Source: a candidate division WOR-3 bacterium
Lineage (GTDB): Bacteria; Hydrothermota; Tepidihabitantia; Tepidihabitantales; Tepidihabitantaceae
Length of the DNA: 64,000 bases
NCBI GenBank assembly: GCA_965649205.1
Contig: CBFGJV010000005.1
Span: 32,001 to 96,000, forward strand
Reading direction: 5' to 3'
The notes beneath the pieces are model-generated. The model did no database searches, was not told where the DNA came from, and was given only the letters and a program-made list of their open reading frames with translations. This document shows, one piece after another, positions 58,101 through 64,000 of this stretch. The position numbers were made by a program, and so were the translations under genes. Each line of letters begins with the position of its first letter. Position 1 is the first letter of the stretch.

Positions 58101-60669
58101 CTGGCTGCGTTGGCGGTTGGGTTCTGACGCTAGCTACACCTCCCACGGCTGGATGATAGACGATGTGGCCGGAATGAATGTGGCTCTGGCAAAAGACGCC
58201 GCAGTCACGGCAATTACCGCTCCGGCCAGCATGTTTGTGCTTGATACTGTCGTGCCTGCCGCTTGGGTAAAGAACCTGGGTTCTGCTCCTCTGGACAGTT
58301 TTCAAGTCAGGATGACCATCGGCACGGAGTATTCCTCCACTGTTTCGGCGGGACCACTGGCGGTGGGCGACAGCGTGCTGGTGAGTTTTGCCAAGTGGTT
58401 GCCTTCCCGGGCAGGGTTCTTTGAGGCTAAGTGTTCTACCCGGTTGGCAGGCGATAACTATCCGGTCAATGATTTCCGGTCCGTATCCTGCGTGGTGGTA
58501 AACTTCACCGAGACCTTTGAGGCCACCAACGGCAGTTACAAGCCGGACCCGACCAGCGCGGCTTGGACCTGGGGCGCTCCTGCATCGCCCCGTCCCGCGG
58601 CGCGTTCGGGTACTAAGGTGTGGGGTGCACCGCTGAGCGGGAACTATGCTAACAGTGCCAACTGGAAACTGGTGTCCATACCCTATGTGGCCATGCAGGA
58701 CACGCCGGTGGTCACCTTCTGGCACTGGTATCAGTTCCAGGCTCCGCCCACGCCTCCTACTGCGGCTTATGACGGCGGCAATGTGTCCTATTCTACGGAT
58801 AACGGCAACACTTGGATTGTTATCTCGCCTTGGGCCGCGCGTTCTGCTCCGTATCACTCCGCGGTAATTACCGGCCTGCAGAACGAATACGGCTATACTG
58901 GCAGCATTTCGGCCTGGACCCAGGCTTGGTTCCAGATTCCGGTTGCCAATGGCACCAGATTTCTGTTGCGCTGGCGGCTGGGGTCTGATGCCTCCACCAC
59001 CAACTACGGCTGGATGATAGAGGATGTGTCTGGTATTGGTATGCGACCGCTGGCGGACGTGCAGGCCAGTTCTATCGTGGCGCCTACGGGTACGATTGAC
59101 TTCGGTACGGTGGTTACGCCCAAGGCCAAGGTGAGGAATCTAGGCGGTGCGAATGCCACGTTCAACGCGGTCTTCCGGATTGCGGACCGTTACGAAGACA
59201 CCAAGCTGGTAACAGACTTGCTGCCGGGAGAAGAAAGGGAAATAACCTTCCGCGACTGGACCGCAGACACTGCCGCTACCGTAACACTGAGTTGCAGCAC
59301 TGCTCTGCGCGGAGACGATGTTCCTGGCAACGACAAGGTTACAGGCGCCGCCTTCATCAGGCTCCAGGATGTGCAGTCGGTTGCCATAATGGCGCCGGTG
59401 GGAGCGGTTGATTCCGGAAGCGTGATTGTGCCCCGGGTAAGGGTCAGGAACAATGGCAATCAGCCGGCTACTTTCCCCACTTTGTTGACCATTGGTGGCT
59501 ACAGCAATACCCAGACAGTTACGAACCTGGCTCCGGGCGAGGAAAGGGAAGTTACCTTTGCGGCTTGGAGTGCGACTGTGCGAGGCCAGTATACCGTAAA
59601 GTGCAGCACGCGACTCAGTGGAGACAGAAATCCGGGTAACGACAGAGTGACGGCGACGGTGTGGGTGGTACGTTACGACGTCGGGGTGGATACAATTCTT
59701 GTGCCAGCCGATTCGGTTGATTCCGGCACGGTAGTGGTTCCCAGCGTGCGGGTGAGAAACTACACTCAGGACTCTGCCCGTTTCGTGGTCTGGTTCAAGA
59801 TACACAGGGCAGACGAAGATGCGTTGACCTGCGGAGCGGCAGAAACAGCGGTGCAGGCCTCTGATGGTAGCGATCAGACCTATGTGGACAGTCTGGTACT
59901 GTCGCTGCGCGGTGGCGAAAATGTGATAGCCGTGTTTGAGAAAGAATGGATAGCTGGGCCTGTCGGCAACTACCGGCTGGAATCCTATACCGTACTGGCT
60001 GGAGACATAAACAGAGCCAATGATACGGTCAGGGGCACCCTCAGGGTCGCACGTGTGGTCCGGGATGTAGGCACCGTGGCCATACTGTCTCCTGTGGGCA
60101 GCATCGATTCCGGGACAGTGATAGTTCCTCAGGCGATAGTGCGTAACTTCGGAACTAGACCGGAAACTTTCCCGGTAATGCTGACTATCGGCTCTGCCTA
60201 CGTGGATACTCAGTTTGTCAGGTTAGACATCGGGCAGGAAGATACAGTGGAGTTTACCGAATGGACAGCACAACCGCGCGGAAGGTTGCGGGTGGTGGCT
60301 CGTACCTTGCTGGCAGGAGACGCAAACCCGAGCAACGACGCCCGGACCGACTCGGTGGAAGTAAGAACGCCGGGTGGAGTGGGTGAAGCGGGCGAGCTGC
60401 CGCAGAGGTTTGCCATAACAGGCGTGGTTCCCAATCCGCTCTCCCGCACCGGTGTGTTGCGTCTGGCTCTGCCTGCGGCTATGCCGGTGAATGTAACTTT
60501 GTACGACGCGGCAGGTCGCGTAGTGCAGGTACTGCTGGATGGTCAACTGCCTGCCGGTTATCATGAGGTCCGTCTGGCCGGCACCGAGCTGCGAGAAGGA
60601 GTTTACATCCTTGACTTGGCAGTAGCCGGCAATAGATGGAAGGAAAAACTGGTAGTGACAAGAGAGTAA
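55183..60669 (+). CDS. 1828-aa secreted surface protein: beta-propeller, 3x (CARDB + jelly-roll/MAM-like) units, 4 more CARDB-like domains, T9SS-A-like CTD
   Basis: SD AGGAGGT; signal peptide; GRVHVVW blades; repeated WAWG...FWHW...DGGN.SYSTDNG.TW...RWRLGSD...GW.I.DV; VVPNP...LYDAAGR...GVY...KLVV. Confidence 0.85.
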   Translation: MQKRTVVLLVALSIALLLPVQARERRGLGFGLDAGRRPTGKVYGLSVPEVTPGNTDEVIWEPEVRLSFNTAHDQTDSSNQYNVAVDRSGRVHVVWTNLTNYRTIYKRFTPGSGWGDSVMLGTDIPGTHYDRYPSLCLDDSGRLHVVWVTGPNTSANAAVYYQMWHPATGWNPASRMISDDSVAKPKTSPHIACTPDGRVHVVWCERTSTTKYAYYVAYREKVDTTWQPQFNLDFADYERISACIAGGPDNRVHVAWRGSDQANPTYSQIFYKEKTAAGWQPLVRITNGLTTHQTQPSICVNPVTRQPHIVWRSLVTTNGRICHTYRVGGVWQPTDTVSERTLNTAQADPQVVAAPDGRVYVVWSGFSVASPSYQQIRSCERTPEGVWRAPRDITTGAYAKFAPSLALDTLDGLYLYLVWRDMRNGSTNSDIYYRFGFDPAKDVAVLSVVSPTPIYMRGTAAVVPQAWVKNFGTANLDSFPVVMKLGDGYTDRFVVRNLISGESTLVSFAPWQPTGGVYPMKCSTLLNGDRVNANDFRTGLILVADFIEQFEADNGRYEPTPPTGAWAWGVPSSPRPPALSGTRVWGAPLSGNYVDNADWRLVSVPYVAYVDTPVVSFWHWYNFELGYDGGNLSYSTDNGATWNVVHPWTKYSAPYYSGTVRGLGYEYGYSGSTTGWERAYFRIPVDSGTVVRLRWRLGSDISNTSPGWIIEDVTLLGLAKPDVGVVSLVVPTGTLVRDTLIPRAWVRNFGSALTLPNSFTVSLVVPPDTYVSTVPVGPLAMSESVLVSFAKWIPPRVGFYMAKCSTRLQGDILPANNSITAEAAIVNFIESFTASNGSYVPTPTTGAWAWGVPAAPRKPARSLPNAWGATLTGSYGNSVNWRLVSVPYAALADTPAISFWHWRNFYDANDGGNVAYSTDNGATWTVLMPWPGRSAPYYSAPIPGLGNERGYTLVDTNWTQAWFQIPVTAGTAFWLRWRLGSDASYTSHGWMIDDVAGMNVALAKDAAVTAITAPASMFVLDTVVPAAWVKNLGSAPLDSFQVRMTIGTEYSSTVSAGPLAVGDSVLVSFAKWLPSRAGFFEAKCSTRLAGDNYPVNDFRSVSCVVVNFTETFEATNGSYKPDPTSAAWTWGAPASPRPAARSGTKVWGAPLSGNYANSANWKLVSIPYVAMQDTPVVTFWHWYQFQAPPTPPTAAYDGGNVSYSTDNGNTWIVISPWAARSAPYHSAVITGLQNEYGYTGSISAWTQAWFQIPVANGTRFLLRWRLGSDASTTNYGWMIEDVSGIGMRPLADVQASSIVAPTGTIDFGTVVTPKAKVRNLGGANATFNAVFRIADRYEDTKLVTDLLPGEEREITFRDWTADTAATVTLSCSTALRGDDVPGNDKVTGAAFIRLQDVQSVAIMAPVGAVDSGSVIVPRVRVRNNGNQPATFPTLLTIGGYSNTQTVTNLAPGEEREVTFAAWSATVRGQYTVKCSTRLSGDRNPGNDRVTATVWVVRYDVGVDTILVPADSVDSGTVVVPSVRVRNYTQDSARFVVWFKIHRADEDALTCGAAETAVQASDGSDQTYVDSLVLSLRGGENVIAVFEKEWIAGPVGNYRLESYTVLAGDINRANDTVRGTLRVARVVRDVGTVAILSPVGSIDSGTVIVPQAIVRNFGTRPETFPVMLTIGSAYVDTQFVRLDIGQEDTVEFTEWTAQPRGRLRVVARTLLAGDANPSNDARTDSVEVRTPGGVGEAGELPQRFAITGVVPNPLSRTGVLRLALPAAMPVNVTLYDAAGRVVQVLLDGQLPAGYHEVRLAGTELREGVYILDLAVAGNRWKEKLVVTRE
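56506..59055 (+). repeat. Three intragenic tandem repeats of about 840-861 bp
   Basis: Units start at 56506, 57346, 58195; shared nucleotide blocks such as GTGCTGGTGAGTTTTGCCAAGTGG and TGGACCCAGGCTTGGTTCCAGATTCCGGT in units 2 and 3. Confidence 0.85.
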
Positions 60670-60687
60670 CCCCGGTTTTGGCTGCAG

Positions 60688-60728
60688 AGGGAGCTGTGTC
60701 CGCTTCCGGGCACAGCTCCCTGCCTTTT
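60688..60728 (+). terminator. Intrinsic terminator between convergent genes
   Basis: AGGGAGCTGTGTCCG-CTTC-CGGGCACAGCTCCCT stem (one G-U pair), followed by GCCTTTT. Confidence 0.75.
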
Positions 60729-60745
60729 ATGGAATAGGGCGAAAC

Positions 60746-61624
60746 TTAGAGTCCGCGGCCTTCGAAGTCGGGCGTGTACTCGCGTCGGGCAGAAGACAGT
60801 TCCTGGCAGAAGGCTTCTTCAAATCCCAGCTTTACCAGATGGGCGCTAACATCCTCATATTCAGTTGGAGTAAGGCGGCGGTTCATACCGGGTAATTCTA
60901 CCGCGCGATAGGTTGGGTAATACTGAGCCATCAGGCTGATGGCGGTGCTGGTGCCCAGATTGTCTGCAATCCGGTCCAATATGGCTTTGCTGTCATCTGT
61001 GTGTCCAGGCAGCACCAGGTGGCGGACGATGAGCCCTTTTTCTATAATTCCGTGCTCGTCATAGCGAGTGGTTCCCACCTGTCTTTTCATCTCCAGCAGG
61101 GCGGAGCAGGCGTAGCGGGCGTAATCGGGAGCCGAAGAGAACTGCCGGGCCAGTTCCGGCGAAAAATACTTAAAATCTGGGAGATACACCTGAACGAGAC
61201 CTTCCAGCTTGGCCAGTGTTTCCACTTTCTCGTAGCCATTAGAGTTCCAGACTACAGGAATTTTCAGTTTCTTCTGTGCCTGCTGCAGTACCGGAATCAG
61301 CTGTTCAGAATAGTGGGTGGGCGTGACGAGGTTTATATTGTGGGCACCCTGCTGTTCCAACTCTAACATGATAGCCAGCAAGCGGTCGGGGGAGACCGGG
61401 CGGCCAAAGCCAAGCTGAGAAATGTCGCAGTTCTGGCAGAAACGGCAGGAGAGATTGCAATGGGTGAAGAAGATGGTGCCGGAACCGCGCGTACCGGAGA
61501 TGGGCGGTTCTTCCCAGAAGTGCAGCTGGGCCTGAGCGACGACGAATTCCTCCGGCGCCCGGCAGACTCCCAGTTTTTGTTTGCGGTCTACCCCGCATTC
61601 GAACGGACACCCGCGACACACCAT
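60746..61624 (-). CDS. Radical SAM protein, PflX-like
   Basis: CPFECGVDR, HFWEEPPISG, CNLSCRFCQN, NINLVTPTH, YLPDFKY, VRHLVLPG, MAQYYP. Confidence 0.9.
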   Translation of the reverse strand: MVCRGCPFECGVDRKQKLGVCRAPEEFVVAQAQLHFWEEPPISGTRGSGTIFFTHCNLSCRFCQNCDISQLGFGRPVSPDRLLAIMLELEQQGAHNINLVTPTHYSEQLIPVLQQAQKKLKIPVVWNSNGYEKVETLAKLEGLVQVYLPDFKYFSPELARQFSSAPDYARYACSALLEMKRQVGTTRYDEHGIIEKGLIVRHLVLPGHTDDSKAILDRIADNLGTSTAISLMAQYYPTYRAVELPGMNRRLTPTEYEDVSAHLVKLGFEEAFCQELSSARREYTPDFEGRGL

Positions 61625-61681
61625 AGAGAGAATTATACAGAAGCGCGCTGGACAATACAGTCCGTTTTGTCCGGACGGGGA

Positions 61682-61710
61682 TTGACATTTGAGAACATTG
61701 GTGATAAACT
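61682..61710 (+). promoter_or_regulatory. sigma70 promoter of acpP-fabF
   Basis: TTGACA-17-TAAACT. Confidence 0.7.
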
Positions 61711-61815
61711 TAGTTTCTGGGCCACAGGCCCTGACCGCCAACTTAGCGGAGCTCGGCCTGCGGCCCTTATTAGAAAATAGCCAGTTTCAGGGCCAAACAG
61801 GCCAAAGGAGGACAA

Positions 61816-62067
61816 ATGGCGCTGGTTGATGATGTCAGGAACATCATCGTTGAACAACTGCATGTGACACCGGAAAAGGTGACAGAGACAGCTCATTTTG
61901 TGGACGACCTTGGTGCGGATTCTCTCGACATTGTCGAGCTGGTCATGGCTTTTGAGGAGAAGTTTGGCATAGAGATTCCGGACGAAGATTCTCAGCAGCT
62001 TGTGACCGTAGGCAAGGCTGTCGAGTATCTGCAGAAGAAACTGGAAGAGAAAGAAAAGTCCAAGTAG
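61816..62067 (+). CDS. acpP: Acyl carrier protein
   Basis: [27 protein letters not shown]. Confidence 0.97.
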   Translation: MALVDDVRNIIVEQLHVTPEKVTETAHFVDDLGADSLDIVELVMAFEEKFGIEIPDEDSQQLVTVGKAVEYLQKKLEEKEKSK

Positions 62068-62085
62068 CCCCACACATATCAGTTC

Positions 62086-63345
62086 ATGTTCCTGCAGAAT
62101 AACTGCCGTAGAGTGGTAGTTACCGGTCTGGGCGCGGTCACGCCCGTAGGCAACAATGTTGCTACCTTCTGGGAGAGCCTGCTGGCCGGCCGGACGGGGA
62201 TAGCCCGCATCGCTTCCTTCGACCCTTCTGACCTGCCGGTGCAGATTGGAGCTGAGGTCAAGGGTTTTGTGGCCGAAGAGCGGTTGGACCCGAAACTGGC
62301 CAAGCGGACCGACCGGTTTACCCAGTTCGCCTTGTGTGCGGCGGCCGAGGCTATCAGCGACTCGGGGCTGGATTTTGATAGGGAAAACAGGTCCCGGGTC
62401 GGGGTAATTGTCGGCTCCGGTATGGGTGGGGTGCAGACTTGGGAGTCTCAACACGCCCAGTTCTTGGAGAAAGGGCCGCGGCGGGTATCGCCGCTGCTGA
62501 TTCCCATGATGATTCCGGATATGGCCTCCGGACAGATTTCCATCAATTACGGTCTGCGCGGGCCGAATTTCTGTACAGTTTCCGCCTGCGCTTCGGGTGC
62601 CCATGCTACCGGTGAGGCGTTCCGGCACATAAAGCAGGGAGACTGTGATATTGTTATCGCCGGCGGTTCAGAAGCGGCCATTACCAGTTTCACGGTTGCG
62701 GCGTTTGCCAATATGGGGGCCTTGTCCAAGCGAAACGAAGCGCCGGAAAAGGCTTCCCGACCGTTTGATCGGGATCGGGACGGCTTTGTCATTGCCGAAG
62801 GATGTGGCGTGTATATCCTGGAAGAGCTGGAGCACGCCAGAAGGCGCGGGGCAAAGATATACTGCGAACTTGCCGGCTATGGTGCCACAGCTGACGCCAG
62901 TCATATCACTGCTCCGGACCCGGAGGCCCGGGGCGCAATTGAGGTCATGCGCCAGGCTATGGCGGAAGCAGGTCTGACGCCGGCGGACATAGATTACATC
63001 AACGCACACGGCACTTCCACGCCTTTGAATGACGCTTCAGAGGTAAAGGCCATATACGAGGTTTTTGGCGAACATGCCAGCCGCCTGGTGGTGAATTCCA
63101 CCAAGTCCATGATAGGGCATGGTTTGGGCTCGGCCGGGGCGATGGAGTTTGTGGCCACGGTCTTGTCAGTCAAACACGGCAAGGTGCACGCCACCGTGAA
63201 CCACGAGCAGCCGGATGAGGGAGTGACTCTGGACTTTGTCAAAGGAGCGGCACGCGCCATTCCTATACGCGCCGCTTTATCCAATTCCTTCGGCTTCGGC
63301 GGTCACAATTGTTGTCTGTGCGTCAAAGCCTACGAAGAAAACTGA
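62086..63345 (+). CDS. fabF: 3-oxoacyl-ACP synthase II
   Basis: RRVVVTGLG, SACASG, NAHGTST, KSMIGH, SNSFGFGGHN. Confidence 0.96.
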   Translation: MFLQNNCRRVVVTGLGAVTPVGNNVATFWESLLAGRTGIARIASFDPSDLPVQIGAEVKGFVAEERLDPKLAKRTDRFTQFALCAAAEAISDSGLDFDRENRSRVGVIVGSGMGGVQTWESQHAQFLEKGPRRVSPLLIPMMIPDMASGQISINYGLRGPNFCTVSACASGAHATGEAFRHIKQGDCDIVIAGGSEAAITSFTVAAFANMGALSKRNEAPEKASRPFDRDRDGFVIAEGCGVYILEELEHARRRGAKIYCELAGYGATADASHITAPDPEARGAIEVMRQAMAEAGLTPADIDYINAHGTSTPLNDASEVKAIYEVFGEHASRLVVNSTKSMIGHGLGSAGAMEFVATVLSVKHGKVHATVNHEQPDEGVTLDFVKGAARAIPIRAALSNSFGFGGHNCCLCVKAYEEN

Positions 63346-63361
63346 AAGGGTGAGGTAGGGT

Positions 63362-64000
63362 ATGAACATAGTCGTCTGCCTGAAACAGGTTCCTTCCACG
63401 GAAACCAAGATCCGCATTAACACCCAGACAGGATTTGTAGATACGAGCGAAGTAGAGTGGGTGGTGAATCCTTACGACGAGTATGCCATAGAGACGGCTC
63501 TGCGTATCCGCGAAAGAGTGGGCGGTACCGTAACTGCAGTGACTCTGGGTCCGGAAAGGACGAAAACCGCTCTGAGGACCGCTCTTTCCATGGGGTGCGA
63601 CCGGGCAGTGCATGTGGCTGATACAGGCGCTGAAGATGTGGACTATCTGGGCAGAGGCCAGATGCTGGCTGCGGCAATTAAGCGGGAACCTTTTGACCTG
63701 GTGCTGTGCGGGAAGCAAGCGGTAGATGACGATCTGGCGGCAGTGCCGCAGGCCATCGCTCATTTCTTGGGGATTCCGCACGTGGCGGTGGTGCCAGAGG
63801 TAATAGTGGAATCCGGAAAACCGGAAATAGTCTGCCACCGCGAAGTGGAAGGAGCAACAGAAGTAGTGGAAATAAAGCTGCCCTGCCTGGTTACCATTCA
63901 GAAGGGTAAGTATGACCCACGTTATCCTACGCTGAAGCTAATGATGGCCGCCAAGAAGAAGGAGATACCTACTTTGACCGCTCAGGCTCTGGGCCTGGAT
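63362..64000 (+). CDS. etfB: Electron transfer flavoprotein beta subunit (3' truncated; absent from the ORF track)
   Basis: ATG 63362 after GAGGT: MNIVVCLKQVP...VNPYDEYAIETAL...ALSMGCD...LCGKQAVDDD...PRYP. Confidence 0.93.
   Translation, partial: MNIVVCLKQVPSTETKIRINTQTGFVDTSEVEWVVNPYDEYAIETALRIRERVGGTVTAVTLGPERTKTALRTALSMGCDRAVHVADTGAEDVDYLGRGQMLAAAIKREPFDLVLCGKQAVDDDLAAVPQAIAHFLGIPHVAVVPEVIVESGKPEIVCHREVEGATEVVEIKLPCLVTIQKGKYDPRYPTLKLMMAAKKKEIPTLTAQALGLD

Noticed and set aside
55903..58857. 984-aa antisense ORF
   Set aside because: Lies wholly opposite the well-supported 1828-aa gene, mirrors its repeats and has no motifs; a codon-bias shadow.
56506..59055. Diversity-generating retroelement template/variable repeats
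   Set aside because: No reverse transcriptase in the window; repeats are in-frame domain duplications and differences are not adenine-specific.

Overview
A gene-dense chromosomal window from a diderm, probably anaerobic bacterium. The CARDB/Kelch/sorting-domain proteins and the PorV-like gene suggest an FCB-associated lineage such as candidate phylum WOR-3; this is an inference, not a database result. It holds about 50 CDS and one tRNA-Leu(TAG). I see no CRISPR array, rRNA, integrase or transposase. Main blocks: (1) TonB-dependent receptor / CTD-bearing surface protein / PorV-PorQ-like barrel, followed by a clostripain; (2) six secreted multidomain proteins ending in a T9SS-type-A/FlgD-like C-terminal domain; (3) tldD-tldE and a DUF362 gene; (4) purN, lnt, rfbD, alr, nnr; (5) buk-iorA-iorB and pfkB-fba; (6) a seven-gene O2/ROS-defence operon (rbr, tpx, rubredoxin-like, dfx, ftn, fprA, flavin reductase-rubredoxin); (7) tRNA-Leu-tig-clpP-clpX; (8) acpP-fabF-etfB. 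The most notable signals are the TBDR-CTD protein-PorV module, with an EF-hand-like loop in the receptor, and about a dozen sigma70-like promoters 5-12 nt before start codons lacking a Shine-Dalgarno, suggesting widespread leaderless translation. Two G-rich intergenic tracts with roughly 12-nt periodicity also stand out. Product calls come from motif recognition by eye, and several ORF-track starts were corrected.
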